DNA of 57,740 bases from Terrimicrobiaceae bacterium (GTDB taxonomy: Bacteria; Verrucomicrobiota; Verrucomicrobiia; Chthoniobacterales; Terrimicrobiaceae): contig JBGSVZ010000096.1 in assembly GCA_041752695.1 (NCBI GenBank), positions 1 through 57,740 on the forward strand, written 5' to 3'. This document shows, in pieces, positions 1 through 10,390 of this stretch; within the stretch, counting starts at the first letter, position 1, and each line of letters starts with the position of its first letter. The translations under genes were made by a program, and so were the position numbers. Below the pieces are notes generated by a model. It was not told the origin of the DNA. It was given only the letters and a program-made list of their open reading frames with translations, and did not search any database.

Positions 1-126
1 GAGAACCCCGGCGCTATACCACATCGCTGCAATTATCGAAGATTCGGTCACCACGCACCGGATCCTTGTAGCCATTTTTTCGAAAATTCCTCACTCCGGT
101 CATGCCGACCGGCTTCGGTGAATTAA

Positions 127-300
127 TCAGCGCTTCCCTAACTTCTGATTTTTGATCTTAAGTCCAACCTCCCAAAGGGAAATGGCGCTGGCATACCCTC
201 CCTCCCGTTCCATGCGGGCGCATATCCGGCGGGCTTTTTCCGAAAGCTTCTCCCGGTCCAACGCCCACCACAACAACGCATGGGTATCCAGGCAAACCAT
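127..300 (-). pseudogene. Truncated/frameshifted PIN-domain (VapC-like) toxin
   Basis: Hand translation from ATG at 300: MVCLDTHALLWWALDREKLSEKARRIC...SLWEVGLKIKNQKLGKR*. It has the PIN N-terminal xLDTH motif and SLWE motif but only 57 aa; an alternate frame in the middle reads ARMEREGGYASAI. Confidence 0.75.
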
Positions 301-303
301 GGC

Positions 304-537
304 TTAAACCTCCCCCCACTCTTCCGTCATCGGTTTCATCACGTCTTCGTGATAAATAACTTTTCCGGCCACATCGGCAAAGATGCTCTCCACACTTTCG
401 CGGGAGGGGGACAACGACGAAATCTTCAGCGTCGGTCGACCCCGGTCCGTCACGATCAATTCCCCGCCAACCCGCTCAAGCTCGCGGAAGACGCCCAGCA
501 TTTCTCCTTTCAGCCGGCTCTTGGAAATCGTCTTCAT
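304..537 (-). CDS. Phd/YefM family antitoxin
   Basis: 77 aa MKTISKSRLK...ELIVTDRGRP, Phd-like; directly upstream of the PIN remnant. Confidence 0.85.
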   Translation of the reverse strand: MKTISKSRLKGEMLGVFRELERVGGELIVTDRGRPTLKISSLSPSRESVESIFADVAGKVIYHEDVMKPMTEEWGEV

Positions 538-543
538 GGCCGC

Positions 544-572
544 AATATAGTCATGGTCATGACTATGGTCAA
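544..572 (-). promoter_or_regulatory. Sigma70 promoter with overlapping palindromic operator for the TA operon
   Basis: Minus strand TTGACC-17nt-TATATT, 6 nt before the ATG; perfect inverted repeat ATAGTCATG-GT-CATGACTAT at 547-566. Confidence 0.75.
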
Positions 573-3500
573 CTCGTGACTATCGCGATGGTTTGTCCGG
601 GCATGACCATCTGGCCCTCGGCGCAGCGGATGGCATGCAGTTTGCCGGTGACGGGCGACGTGATGGCGATCTCCATTTTCATCGCTTCAAGGATCAGCAA
701 CGTTTCGCCTTCGAGGACATCCTGTCCGGGAGTGACGCAGACCTTCCAAACATTGGCGGCGACATGGGCGTCCACCGCGTGACCGTTCGCAGGAAGATCC
801 AGTTCAGGTTCGGGCGCGTCTTCCTCAATGATGTCGGGGGTTTCACTCGCGCCCGCCAGGGCCCAGCGCTCACGCTCTTCGTTAAAGGCTTTTTGCTGGC
901 TCGCTTTGAAGACGGCCGACTCGGCGGCGATGGAGGCGAGGAACCGGCGGTAGTCGCCCAGACGAAAAGTTTCCTCCGAGATCTTGAGGCGGAATTTTCC
1001 CTGTGGAAAATCTTCGCGAAGCTGGAGCAATTCATCGGCACTGACCGGATAAAACCGGATTTGATCGAAATGCCGCAGGAGCCAGGGTTCGGGAAAATCG
1101 AGCGTTTTCCGCCAGCGATTCCACATTTGGATGGTGCGGCCGACAAACTGGTAACCGCCGGGTCCCTCCATGCCGTACACGCACAGATATGCGCCCCCGA
1201 TGCCGACGGCATTCTCCGGCGTCCACGTCCGGGCGGGATTATACTTGGTGGTGACCAGCCGATGACGCGGGTCAAGCGGCGTGGCCACGGGAGCGCCAAG
1301 GTAAACGTCACCCAACCCCATCACCAGATAGCTGGCGGAGAAAACGATCTCTTTCACCTGTTCGATCGAATCGAGTCCATTGATGCGGCGGATGAACTCA
1401 ATGTTGCTCGGGCACCAGGGCGCGTCCTTGCGGACGGACTGCGCGTATTTTTCAATCGCGAGCCTAGTGGCCGGATCATCCCAGGAAAGCGGCAAATGAA
1501 CCACCCGGCTCGGCACCTCGATATCGTCAAGGGGAGGCAGGCTTTTTTCCGCAGCGATGAGGATTTCGAGCAGCTTCTCTCGCGGCAAAATGCGGGCATC
1601 GAAATGAATTTGCAGCGATCGGATGCCAGGAGTCAGATCCAGGATCCCAGGCTGTGAGTTCTGCCGCAGCCAGTCCATCAGAGCGTGGGCGCAGAAGCGG
1701 AGATTGAGATCGAGAACCAGCGGGCCATACTCGACGAGCAGATAACGGTCTCCCGCCTGACGATAAACCACCTGGGGATTGTCACCGTCCGGCGGCAGGA
1801 TGTGAAGGATGGGCGAAGTGGCATCGGCAGGATGCCGATGTTGCGGGGGCTGGACCCATCGGCAAGGTGCCGATGCCACGAACTCGTCCAAAGCCCGCTC
1901 CCCATCGGCCGCCTGGTTTGCCGTCCACCGAACAAAACGCACGGAATCCCCCGGCCGGAGCTGTCCCATTTTCCAAAGTTCGGCCTGGACGATCACCGCC
2001 GGACAAACAAACCCTCCCAAGCTGGGCCCATCCACGGCGAGGATCACCGGCATGTCGCCCGTAAAATCCACCGCGCCGATGGCATAAGCATTGTCATGGA
2101 TATTCGACGGATGCAGGCCCGCCTCGCCCCCGTCCTGACGCGCCCACTTGGGCTTCGGACCGATGAGACGGATGCCCGTGCGCGAGGAGTTGTAGTGAAC
2201 TTTCCAGTCCGTCGCGAAGAAGGTGACAATGTCGTCTTCGGTAAAAAAATCCGGAGCGCCATGCGGACCATAAAAAACGCCAATCTCCCACGAGTTCGAA
2301 TAAACGGGGAGCGCGTGCCCCCGCAAAGGAAGCGGAGGGGTGAGAGACGCATCATTTCCTATCTTGAGGACATCACCTGCCCGCAAGATCCGTCCGCCGT
2401 GTCCACCGAATTGACCCAGCGTGAAGGTCGATTTGCTGCCGAGATAATCAGGGACATCAAATCCACCGGCAATGGCCAGATACGTCCGGCATCCCCCTCC
2501 CTCGATGGCGTGAAGCTTGAGGGTACTTCCCGCCTTCACCTCGAAGGCTTCATGGAGCGGCTGGAAAACTCCATCCGTCTCCGGACGCATGTTGGCGCCT
2601 GTCACGCTCACCATGGTGTCGCGGTGAAACTTCAGCTTCGGTCCCGTGACTGCGCATTCCAGCGCAGCCGCGCCTTCCGCGTTGCCGACAAGACGATTGG
2701 CCAGGCGGAGAGAAAAATGATCCATCGGACCCGAGGGAGGCACCCCAAGCTCCCAGTACCCCACCCGGCCCGGATAATCCTGCACCGTGGTGTGCGTGCC
2801 TGGCTCGAGCACGTCCATGGTCCGCGGCTGAAAAACAAAGCTGGAAAGATATTTCGTGGTGATTCCCCCGGCACGAAACGCGTCTCCGTCCAGGATCGCG
2901 GCCACGTAGTCGAGGTTGGTCTCGATGCCATCGAGGCGGGTTCGTTTCAGCGCCGCACGGAGTTTGGTGATGGCCTCCGCCCGGGTGGGCGCATGCGCAA
3001 TCACCTTGGCAATCATGGGATCGTAGAACGGCGTCACTTCAGTCCCGCGCTCCACCCAGCCGTCCACCCGCACCCCTTCCGGAAACAACACTTCTGTCAG
3101 CAATCCGCAACTGGGCTGGAAGTTTTTATTAGCGTCCTCCGCGTAGACCCGGGCTTCGATGGCATGACCATTCGGCGCATGCACGTATTCCGCCAGCGGC
3201 AGTCTTTCGCCCGCGGCCAGCCGGACCATCCACTCGACCAGATCCAGACCGGAGACTTCCTCGGTGACACAGTGTTCGACCTGGAGGCGGGTATTGACCT
3301 CCAAAAAATAAAACTCGCCGCTGTCGGCGTCATACATGAATTCGCACGTGCCAGCGGAGCGGTATCTGGCCATCTCCCCAAGCCTCCGCGCGGACGCGTG
3401 GAGCCGCTCGCGCACCGCATCTGGCAGTCCAGGTGCAGGCGTTTCTTCGATCACCTTCTGATTGCGCCGCTGGGCCGAACAATCCCGTTCGCCGATCACC

Positions 3501-4159
3501 GCAATGGTCCCCTCTCCGTCGCCGAAGATTTGGACTTCGACGTGCCGGGCGGAGGCGATGAATTTTTCCAGAAACAGGCCGGCCGCCTTAAAATTACTCT
3601 TCGCCAGCCGTTGCACGCTTTCGAATTTCTCCGCCAACTCGGAGTCATTCGCCGCCATCTGCATGCCGATGCCACCGCCGCCCGCGGTGCTTTTGATCAT
3701 CACCGGATATCCGATGCGATTCGCCGCCTCACGGGCTTCCTCCACGGTCTCCAAGAGATCGGTGCCGGGAGACACGGGGACGCCGCTCGCAATGGCCAGG
3801 GCACGGGCCGTGTGTTTCAGTCCGAAGTCGCGCATGTTCTGTGCGGTCGGCCCGATGAAGGCGATGCCGGCCTCTTCGCAGGCCTCGGCGAAAGCGGCGT
3901 TCTCGCTCAGAAAACCGTAGCCGGGATGAATGCCCTCCGCGCCGGTTTCCTTCGCGGCGGCGAGAATTTTCTCCACCTGCAAATAACTTTGCGCCGCCTG
4001 GGCGGGTCCGACGCACACAGCCTCGCCGGCCAGCCGCACGTGCGCGGCATGGGCGTCGGCCTCGGAATAAACGGCGACGGAGGCAATGCCAAGACGGTCC
4101 AGGGTGCGAATGATCCGGCAGGCGATTTCGCCACGATTGGCAATGAGAATTTTAGTCAT
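569..4159 (-). CDS. uca: Urea/guanidine carboxylase (biotin carboxylase + carboxyltransferase + BCCP)
   Basis: 1196 aa; ANRGEIA and GGGGIGM biotin carboxylase motifs, [27 protein letters not shown]-terminal EAMKM. Confidence 0.97.
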   Translation of the reverse strand: MTKILIANRGEIACRIIRTLDRLGIASVAVYSEADAHAAHVRLAGEAVCVGPAQAAQSYLQVEKILAAAKETGAEGIHPGYGFLSENAAFAEACEEAGIAFIGPTAQNMRDFGLKHTARALAIASGVPVSPGTDLLETVEEAREAANRIGYPVMIKSTAGGGGIGMQMAANDSELAEKFESVQRLAKSNFKAAGLFLEKFIASARHVEVQIFGDGEGTIAVIGERDCSAQRRNQKVIEETPAPGLPDAVRERLHASARRLGEMARYRSAGTCEFMYDADSGEFYFLEVNTRLQVEHCVTEEVSGLDLVEWMVRLAAGERLPLAEYVHAPNGHAIEARVYAEDANKNFQPSCGLLTEVLFPEGVRVDGWVERGTEVTPFYDPMIAKVIAHAPTRAEAITKLRAALKRTRLDGIETNLDYVAAILDGDAFRAGGITTKYLSSFVFQPRTMDVLEPGTHTTVQDYPGRVGYWELGVPPSGPMDHFSLRLANRLVGNAEGAAALECAVTGPKLKFHRDTMVSVTGANMRPETDGVFQPLHEAFEVKAGSTLKLHAIEGGGCRTYLAIAGGFDVPDYLGSKSTFTLGQFGGHGGRILRAGDVLKIGNDASLTPPLPLRGHALPVYSNSWEIGVFYGPHGAPDFFTEDDIVTFFATDWKVHYNSSRTGIRLIGPKPKWARQDGGEAGLHPSNIHDNAYAIGAVDFTGDMPVILAVDGPSLGGFVCPAVIVQAELWKMGQLRPGDSVRFVRWTANQAADGERALDEFVASAPCRWVQPPQHRHPADATSPILHILPPDGDNPQVVYRQAGDRYLLVEYGPLVLDLNLRFCAHALMDWLRQNSQPGILDLTPGIRSLQIHFDARILPREKLLEILIAAEKSLPPLDDIEVPSRVVHLPLSWDDPATRLAIEKYAQSVRKDAPWCPSNIEFIRRINGLDSIEQVKEIVFSASYLVMGLGDVYLGAPVATPLDPRHRLVTTKYNPARTWTPENAVGIGGAYLCVYGMEGPGGYQFVGRTIQMWNRWRKTLDFPEPWLLRHFDQIRFYPVSADELLQLREDFPQGKFRLKISEETFRLGDYRRFLASIAAESAVFKASQQKAFNEERERWALAGASETPDIIEEDAPEPELDLPANGHAVDAHVAANVWKVCVTPGQDVLEGETLLILEAMKMEIAITSPVTGKLHAIRCAEGQMVMPGQTIAIVTS
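1818..1879. repeat. REP-like inverted doublet inside uca
   Basis: GTGG-CATCGGCA-GGA-TGCCGATG ... CATCGGCA-AGG-TGCCGATG-CCAC; a related copy lies at 27691-27717. Confidence 0.75.
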
Positions 4160-4198
4160 TGGTCATTAGTCATTAGTCATTAGTCATTGGTCATTGGT
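4153..4198. repeat. Heptamer array T(A/G)GTCAT x6
   Basis: tagtcat tggtcat tagtcat tagtcat tagtcat tggtcat, read directly. Confidence 0.95.
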
Positions 4199-4567
4199 TT
4201 TCGGATCCATGCCACCAATGGAACGGCGATAGGCGTTTAAGGAACGGGGCAGTGGCTCGATAATTTTTTGTAATGCTTCGGTTTGTGACTTGGAGAGCAA
4301 TTCCCGTTTGTGGGCTCGGCGAAGAAAGTTCCGGGTTTCGCAAAGCGAGCCCCTTGCTATGGCCACAAAGCGCTTTTTGTCCGCAAAACTTTGCCGACCG
4401 GAACCTTCGGCGATATTTGCCCCCACGCTATCTGCTGCACGAACCAATTGTTTTCCGACGGTATCCTTTGCGAACGAATCCCACTTCGCCACAATATCCC
4501 AAATCAAATCCGCCAATTCTTCCGCAGCACGGTAAACTTTCAAATTTTCAAAAGACTCGCTCGCCAT
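4184..4567 (-). CDS. Four helix bundle protein (23S rRNA IVP / Avd-like family)
   Basis: FENLKVY...QLVRAADSVGANIAEGSGR...FVAIARGSLCET signature. Confidence 0.93.
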   Translation of the reverse strand: MASESFENLKVYRAAEELADLIWDIVAKWDSFAKDTVGKQLVRAADSVGANIAEGSGRQSFADKKRFVAIARGSLCETRNFLRRAHKRELLSKSQTEALQKIIEPLPRSLNAYRRSIGGMDPKTNDQ

Positions 4568-4573
4568 AAAACA

Positions 4574-4601
4574 ATGACTAATGACTAATAACCAATGACT
4601 A
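4574..4601. repeat. Heptamer array ATGACTA x4, inverted relative to 4153-4198
   Basis: atgacta atgacta ataacca atgacta; reverse complement of the left array unit. Confidence 0.9.
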
Positions 4602-5246
4602 CCCCCAAACGATCACCTGGATCGGTGTGGGATTGTAGGCGTTGCAGGGATTGTTGAGCTGCGGGCAGTTGGAGATGAGGCAAAGCACATCCATTTCCGC
4701 ACGCATCTCCACGTATTTTCCAGGTTCGGACACACCGTCGGCAAACTTCAAGCCGCCTTCCGGAGTCACCGGCACGTTCATGAAAAAATTGATGTTGTGC
4801 GCCAAGTCCCGCTTTGTCACGGGATAGCCTGACTTCACCATCTGGAGCAGAAAAGTATCCCGGCAGGCATGCATGAAACGTTTGTCCAAGGCATAGCGGA
4901 CCATGTTGCTTTCCGTGGCACAGGCACCGCCCAGCGTGTCGTGGCGGCCGCAGGTGTCCGCAGTGATCGTCAACATGGGCCGACAAAGATTCGACATCAG
5001 CCGCGTACCCGTCGTGAGGTAAATCGCCCCTTGCTCGCGAATCGTGTCCTGCGCGCTGTACCGCTCTGTGACGTCGTTGGCATTAAAGAAAAACGTGTCC
5101 GCGGCCTGATTGCCCTCGAGGTCCACAATGCGGAGCGTCTGGCCTTTTTTCACCGGCTGAAACCAGCCGTCCCCGGCGGGAATCACTTCGGAAAGAACCG
5201 CATCCGCCGGCTGGAGTGGGCTCTCGGTGTACACTAACGTGCTCAT
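4599..5246 (-). CDS. cgdB: Carboxyguanidine deiminase subunit B (urea carboxylase-associated protein, DUF1989)
   Basis: [44 protein letters not shown]; start re-called at MSTLVY (ATGA overlap). Confidence 0.92.
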   Translation of the reverse strand: MSTLVYTESPLQPADAVLSEVIPAGDGWFQPVKKGQTLRIVDLEGNQAADTFFFNANDVTERYSAQDTIREQGAIYLTTGTRLMSNLCRPMLTITADTCGRHDTLGGACATESNMVRYALDKRFMHACRDTFLLQMVKSGYPVTKRDLAHNINFFMNVPVTPEGGLKFADGVSEPGKYVEMRAEMDVLCLISNCPQLNNPCNAYNPTPIQVIVWG

Positions 5247-5947
5247 AGATAAAGGCGTTCGGTCAGTTCCAGGCTGCGCCCGCATTCGGGCCGGAAATTG
5301 CGGCAAAAATCGTCGGGACCGGGAGGCTCGGCGGGCAAGATTTCGAGCCTGACAGGCACGCTGGGGTACGTCCCGGCGGAAGCGAGCGGATGCGGGCAGT
5401 TGGCCAGCACGACCAAGACGTCCATTTCCGCACGAAGATCAAGCGACGATCCGGCCGGGGCATGATCCGCCACATGCGCCATGCGACCGGCCTCATCCAC
5501 CGTGACTTTGCTGAAAAAATTCACATTAGCCACGATGTCACGAAGCCCGAGGCCATGCTTGGCCAACTCGACGAGAAAGTTGTCATGCGCGTTGCGGTAA
5601 CATTCGTTGCGGTATTCCTGATACCCGTGGCGACCGAATTTTTCCGCCACCTGCGCGGCGTTGATGTGCCCCCCCAGAGGATCGTGCCAGCCAAGGGTAT
5701 CCGCCGTGATGGAAACGAGGGCGTTCCCCATATCGCTCATCAAAATATGGCCCCGGGTGAGCTTCGCCGTATGGAGAGCTTTGAGGGTGTCCGGCACATT
5801 GAGGCGGTCGAGGGGTTGTTCCGCATTAAAGAAAAGCGCGGAGACATTCGCACCGGGGGCCAGAGCGGTCAGGCGCAAGGTGCGATGGCGGGGAAGGCGC
5901 ATGGACCAAAGCGCGCCAGGCGGAAGGGTTTCCATGAGGAGAATCAT
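5243..5947 (-). CDS. cgdA: Carboxyguanidine deiminase subunit A (DUF1989)
   Basis: [41 protein letters not shown]; start re-called at MILLME, overlapping the regulator stop. Confidence 0.9.
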   Translation of the reverse strand: MILLMETLPPGALWSMRLPRHRTLRLTALAPGANVSALFFNAEQPLDRLNVPDTLKALHTAKLTRGHILMSDMGNALVSITADTLGWHDPLGGHINAAQVAEKFGRHGYQEYRNECYRNAHDNFLVELAKHGLGLRDIVANVNFFSKVTVDEAGRMAHVADHAPAGSSLDLRAEMDVLVVLANCPHPLASAGTYPSVPVRLEILPAEPPGPDDFCRNFRPECGRSLELTERLYL

Positions 5948-6441
5948 AAGGCGGATTTTCGGGAGGGTCGGCGGGTGGCGGCGTGAACTTGGGGAATCAC
6001 AATATCGGTGAGACTGAGTTTGCAGGAAAGCACGCCCTTGCAGGCGAGAATCTTGTCGGTGATCTCCTTGAGAACATGGACCGGACCCTGTACAATAATG
6101 ACCTCCATGCGGTGCCCTTCCTCCAGCTGGACGTGAAGCGAACTGATAACTTCGTTTAAATATTGCCGCTCCAGTTCGAAGAGCCGCTGGACCAGATTGC
6201 CTTTGGCCTCGTCGTACACCAGAGCGATCATCCCGGCCATCACGGGATCCTCCTCGGAAGCCTCCCGCCACTGCAGGGCAAAATGGGAAATCATTTCCGC
6301 AATGGCCTTGGAACGGTTTTCCAAGCCCCGCTCGGTCACCATCTCATCGAGTTCGCGAAAGACTTCCGCGGGCAGCGAGATGCTGATGCGCTGGATGTTC
6401 CCCTCCCCGGCCCGAGACTTTTTTGGCGAAGCCGTTTTCAT
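5944..6441 (-). CDS. NikR-fold ribbon-helix-helix transcriptional regulator (nickel ligands degenerate)
   Basis: RISISLP...LDEMV...NRSKAIAEMI RHH domain plus ACT-like domain SSLHVQLEEGHRMEV. Confidence 0.88.
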   Translation of the reverse strand: MKTASPKKSRAGEGNIQRISISLPAEVFRELDEMVTERGLENRSKAIAEMISHFALQWREASEEDPVMAGMIALVYDEAKGNLVQRLFELERQYLNEVISSLHVQLEEGHRMEVIIVQGPVHVLKEITDKILACKGVLSCKLSLTDIVIPQVHAATRRPSRKSAL

Positions 6442-6444
6442 TCA

Positions 6445-6488
6445 GTATTACTGGAAATGATTTTAGTATTACTGAGTTTTCCCGTCAA
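6445..6488 (-). promoter_or_regulatory. Internal sigma70 promoter and NikR-type operator
   Basis: Minus strand TTGACG-17nt-TAAAAT (6488-6460), overlapped by GTAATA-N16-TAATAC (6472-6445). Confidence 0.75.
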
Positions 6489-6498
6489 GCGACCTCAT

Positions 6499-7383
6499 TT
6501 ATTCGACATCATCCCCGGCCATGGTGAGGCGGATGTTGGGCAGAGTGGCCGGCTCGGCATCGGCCGGCCCATGGATCAATTCCTCGATGCGGTGCTTGGT
6601 GGCGAGGAACTCCGGCGAGAGCATCTGTTCGATGCTGCGCGGACGCGGGACCGGAACCTCGATGAGCTCCAGAATCTGGCTGGGGTTGGTCCCCAGCACC
6701 AAAATGCGGTCGGATAGCAAGACGGCCTCGTCGAGATCGTGGGTGACAAAAAGAATGGTCACATCCACCTGACGCCAGATCTGCATGAGGTAGGACTGCA
6801 TCTTGCACCGGGTGGTGGGATCGAGCGCGCCATACGGCTCGTCCATCAGCAGAATGCGCGGCTTGTTGGCCAGGGCCCGCGCGATGGCCACGCGCTGTTT
6901 CATCCCGCCCGATAGTTCGTGCGGGTAGGAGTCCTCAAACTTGCCGAGGCCGACCAATTCGATCCACTGCCGTGCCTCGCTCTCGGCCACGGAGAACGAT
7001 TGCCCGCTGACCTGCATTCCGAACATCACATTACGCTTCACCGTGAGCCAGGGAAACAGCGTGTATCCCTGAAAAACCATCCCGCGGTCGGACCCCGGGC
7101 CGTTGACCGGTTTGCCCTCCACCAGGACCTGGCCGCTGGTGAGCGTTTCCAGCCCGGCCACGATGCGGATGAAGGTTGATTTTCCGCAGCCGGAGGGACC
7201 CACCACACACATCAGTTCGCGACGATGGACCTGCAGCGAAAGGTCGTTCAGCGTGGTATGGGTATGGAAGGTCTTGGTGAGATTTTTGACATCAAGGATC
7301 ACCGGACGCGCCTTGAGTTTGGCAAAGCGTTCCGCGACGGCCGGGGTTTGTTCGAGATAACTCGGCAGCGAAACGGTGTTCAT
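6499..7383 (-). CDS. NitT/TauT family ABC transporter ATP-binding protein
   Basis: [22 protein letters not shown]. Confidence 0.95.
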   Translation of the reverse strand: MNTVSLPSYLEQTPAVAERFAKLKARPVILDVKNLTKTFHTHTTLNDLSLQVHRRELMCVVGPSGCGKSTFIRIVAGLETLTSGQVLVEGKPVNGPGSDRGMVFQGYTLFPWLTVKRNVMFGMQVSGQSFSVAESEARQWIELVGLGKFEDSYPHELSGGMKQRVAIARALANKPRILLMDEPYGALDPTTRCKMQSYLMQIWRQVDVTILFVTHDLDEAVLLSDRILVLGTNPSQILELIEVPVPRPRSIEQMLSPEFLATKHRIEELIHGPADAEPATLPNIRLTMAGDDVE

Positions 7384-8411
7384 GAAGCCAGGGCCTCCTC
7401 TTCTTTTTTCCGCCGCCGGGCCAGGGTGATGGAGCGGATGAGTCCAGGACGGGAGGTCTTTTGCCAGGGGAAAATCTGCCGACCGATCCAGTCCAGGATG
7501 CGGTCGGTGACAAACCCCATGATACCGATCATTATGATGGCGGCGAAGACATTGTCGTAGATCCGATATTTGGCCTGTTGATTGATGAAGTAGGTGATGC
7601 CGGAACTCGCCCCGATGTACTCCGCGACAATCAAATACGTCCAGGCCCAGCCGAGTAGGATGCGCATGTCGTTGTAGAGGTCCACCATGATGCCGGGCAC
7701 AATGACCTTAAAAAGGATCTGCCTCCGGCCGGCCCCCAGCGTCTGGGCGGCTTCCACCAGCGAAGTGTCGAGTTTGCGGGTGGTGTTGGCGATGATCAGA
7801 ACCTGCTGAAAAAATGTCCCCAACACGATGATGGCGATTTTGGGAGGGTCGTAGATGCCAAGGATGGCCACCGCGAGTGCCCCAAACGCGGGGGCCGGCA
7901 TGTACCGGGTGAAATCCACGAATGGCTCGGTGATTTTCGAAAAGAAGGGAAACGTTCCGCACAAAATCCCCAGCGGCACGCCGAACAGCGAACTGATGGT
8001 GAATCCCCAGAAGATGATCTGGACGCTTTGCCAGAGACTTTCGTGCAGCCATTTTTCGCCCTTCCGTTTCGGGGGTGTGGTGAAGGACTTGTAAAACGCG
8101 ACCGCCACCTCGTGCGGGGCGGGCAGAAACACCGGGTTCGCCGGCACCCCCACAGCCTGCGGCTGGCCTGCCGCGGCGGCTTTGGCGTTCTCCGCCAGGA
8201 ACGTCTTGCGCTCAATCAGGCTGTCTTTCGTAAAATACGAAACCCCACCCGCATCCGTGATCTTGACCAGCGGGTGCCAGAGGAAAGGCAGGTAACTCAC
8301 CGCCGCCCACACCGCAATGGGCAGGAGGAAAGACAGCCAGACAAGCAGCAACTGCCGCGCCGGGGACATCTCGCCGTAGGGCACGAGCCATTTTTTCACA
8401 TCCCCGGCCAT
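7380..8411 (-). CDS. NitT/TauT family ABC transporter permease
   Basis: Multiple hydrophobic helices; [11 protein letters not shown] loop. Confidence 0.93.
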   Translation of the reverse strand: MAGDVKKWLVPYGEMSPARQLLLVWLSFLLPIAVWAAVSYLPFLWHPLVKITDAGGVSYFTKDSLIERKTFLAENAKAAAAGQPQAVGVPANPVFLPAPHEVAVAFYKSFTTPPKRKGEKWLHESLWQSVQIIFWGFTISSLFGVPLGILCGTFPFFSKITEPFVDFTRYMPAPAFGALAVAILGIYDPPKIAIIVLGTFFQQVLIIANTTRKLDTSLVEAAQTLGAGRRQILFKVIVPGIMVDLYNDMRILLGWAWTYLIVAEYIGASSGITYFINQQAKYRIYDNVFAAIIMIGIMGFVTDRILDWIGRQIFPWQKTSRPGLIRSITLARRRKKEEEALAS

Positions 8412-8429
8412 GACTGCCGAACCTGACGA

Positions 8430-9410
8430 CTACAGCGAGTTGGTCAGCGTCGCATCAATGTAATCCGCCACCGGCTGCGGCTTTTCGTAAACCTTGTTGT
8501 CCACATTAAATTTGTCCACGACGACATTGGATCCGTAGATGGAATCGAGGCCTTCCCCTTTCTCAAAAGCCTTCTTCGCTTCTGCGAGCGTCAGGATCTT
8601 GGTGCCTTTGAGGAAGGGTTTGTATTCCTCCGGAGTGAGATTCACGCGAGCCGCCATGATTTTCACGGCGTCATCCTGCGTGGCGGGATCGTTGATGTAG
8701 GCGGCGACTTTGTTCCAGACCTGGATGACTTTTTTCCAATCCTCCGGGCGGGCCGAAAGCGAGGCCGGACTCACCGCGAGCACGTCGTAGATCAGCCCGG
8801 GAACGTCTGCGCTGGAATAGATGGCGGTCGAGCCGGGAACGGCTTTGAGGGCCTGGCCGGAGTTCGGCTGCCAGGCGGCGATGGCCGCGACGTCGCCGGA
8901 GGCCAGGGCCTTGGCCGTTTCGGAGGTGGGGATGTTGACCAACTCCACGTCGGACTCCTTCATCCCATTGGCTTCCAGTCCCTTCAGCAACAAAAGGTGA
9001 TCCACGAAACCAATTTCGACGCCAATTTTCTTGCCCTTGAGATCCTTGAGCGTTTTCACCCCCGGCTGAGCGATCACCATGTCGTTGCCGTTGGAATAGT
9101 CATTGATCAGGATCGCCTTGCTCGGAGCCCCTGTCGCCCCGGTGACCAGCGCATCTCCATTGGTCATGCAAACCGCATCAATCTTGCCGGCGGCGAAGGC
9201 CTCCATGGACGGCACGTATTCAAACCAATCAAACTGCACATCGACCCCGGCCTCCTTGAACCAGCCCTTTTGAATGGCCACCTCCCACGCCACCCAGCCC
9301 GGCCAGTCGCTGTAGCCGATCTTGAGAGGTTCGGCGTGAACGGACGTGAGAAGGGCGGCGGCTCCCAGGGCGGCCAGCGTTCGGCGAAGAAGTGTGTTCA
9401 GAGATTTCAT
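8430..9410 (-). CDS. ABC transporter substrate-binding protein (putative guanidine/urea)
   Basis: Signal peptide then [17 protein letters not shown]; start re-called at MKSLNT. Confidence 0.9.
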   Translation of the reverse strand: MKSLNTLLRRTLAALGAAALLTSVHAEPLKIGYSDWPGWVAWEVAIQKGWFKEAGVDVQFDWFEYVPSMEAFAAGKIDAVCMTNGDALVTGATGAPSKAILINDYSNGNDMVIAQPGVKTLKDLKGKKIGVEIGFVDHLLLLKGLEANGMKESDVELVNIPTSETAKALASGDVAAIAAWQPNSGQALKAVPGSTAIYSSADVPGLIYDVLAVSPASLSARPEDWKKVIQVWNKVAAYINDPATQDDAVKIMAARVNLTPEEYKPFLKGTKILTLAEAKKAFEKGEGLDSIYGSNVVVDKFNVDNKVYEKPQPVADYIDATLTNSL

Positions 9411-9427
9411 GGCGTGGATGGCGTTTG

Positions 9428-9478
9428 TTATTACGAGGTTAAACTTTCGTAATACCGCTGTCAGCAATTGCCATGCCA
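9428..9478 (-). promoter_or_regulatory. Sigma54 promoter and downstream NikR-type operator
   Basis: Minus strand TGGCAT-GGCAA-TTGCT (GG-N10-GC, 9478-9463), then GTATTA-N16-TAATAA containing the inverted repeat TATTACGA/TCGTAATA (9455-9428). Confidence 0.8.
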
Positions 9479-9562
9479 TGCCTCCCCTCTGAAGGATTTT
9501 TGCCGGAGAGGGGCGGCACGACGGAGCGGGGATGGCTGATTTCCGACAGCCAAGGGGGGATT

Positions 9563-10267
9563 TTAGAGCATTTCCGCCCAGCGGCTAAAGACCGTCTCCG
9601 CCGTTTCCCGCAGCCGGGGCAGACATTCCCGGCCCTCGCGCCGCATGGCATCGGGGTTCACCCCGGAATCCTGCAGATAGTCCCGGGAATCCTCCACCAA
9701 TTCGTCCAGCAGATCCGGAGTCATTTCCAAATGGAATTGGAAGCCGTAAAGCGCATGGCCGTAGCGGAAGAGTTGGTTGGGGGTCTGGGCCGACGAGCCG
9801 AGCCGCATTCCCCCGGGCGGAATCTCGAAGACATCGCCATGCCAGTGCGTGGCCGGAAAGGAACGGGGCAGACCGCGCCAGAGCGGGTCGTATTCGGAAA
9901 TATCCTCCAGAGTGACATCAAAAAATCCAATCTCCTTGCGCGGAGCCGGACGCACTTCCCCGCCAAGGGCCGCCGCCATGAGCTGGCCGCCCAGACAAAG
10001 GCCAATGACGGGCAAGCCCACCGCCGCGACATTTTTGACCAGATCGATCTCCTGCTGCAGATAAGGATACTGGTCCTTTTCGTACACCCCCTGCCCGCCG
10101 CCACCCAGGGCAAGGCCGGAGTACCCGGTCAGCGCGACAGGTACTTGCTGCCCAAGATCCGGGCGGAGAATGTCCAGCCCGACACCGGACGCAGACAACA
10201 CCTCGCCGAGCAACCCGGCTTTGTCTGGTTCCCCATGCTGGATAAAGAGGACTTTTTTGTTCATCAT
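9563..10267 (-). CDS. Class I glutamine amidotransferase-like protein
   Basis: GLCLGGQ nucleophile elbow, HWHGD, FQFHLE; start re-called at MMNKK. Confidence 0.9.
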   Translation of the reverse strand: MMNKKVLFIQHGEPDKAGLLGEVLSASGVGLDILRPDLGQQVPVALTGYSGLALGGGGQGVYEKDQYPYLQQEIDLVKNVAAVGLPVIGLCLGGQLMAAALGGEVRPAPRKEIGFFDVTLEDISEYDPLWRGLPRSFPATHWHGDVFEIPPGGMRLGSSAQTPNQLFRYGHALYGFQFHLEMTPDLLDELVEDSRDYLQDSGVNPDAMRREGRECLPRLRETAETVFSRWAEML

Positions 10268-10349
10268 GGCTTCCCCGGGCGGATGTGGGGCGGTCGGCCC
10301 GGCTGCCGAATGAGGTCTGTGTCTGCAAAAGTCATTCCGTCCTGCAGAA

Positions 10350-10365
10350 AGCACGTTCCATGCCG
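10350..10365 (-). promoter_or_regulatory. Putative sigma54 promoter
   Basis: Minus strand CGGCAT-GGAAC-GTGCT, GG-N10-GC spacing. Confidence 0.55.
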
Positions 10366-10390
10366 CAGGCGGACGGGCGAAGCGGCTGCG

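Noticed and set aside
1685..4183. 832-aa plus-strand ORF (also 593-1657)
   Set aside because: Antisense shadow of uca, expected from high-GC codon bias; no motifs
4184..4567. Diversity-generating retroelement (Avd-like gene)
   Set aside because: No reverse transcriptase or TR/VR pair in the window; the dusB duplicate differences are not adenine-specific
9411..9560. Guanidine riboswitch upstream of the ABC importer
   Set aside because: The leader after the sigma54 site is only about 40 nt and is occupied by the operator; no twin ACGR hairpins or ykkC-like motif seen by eye
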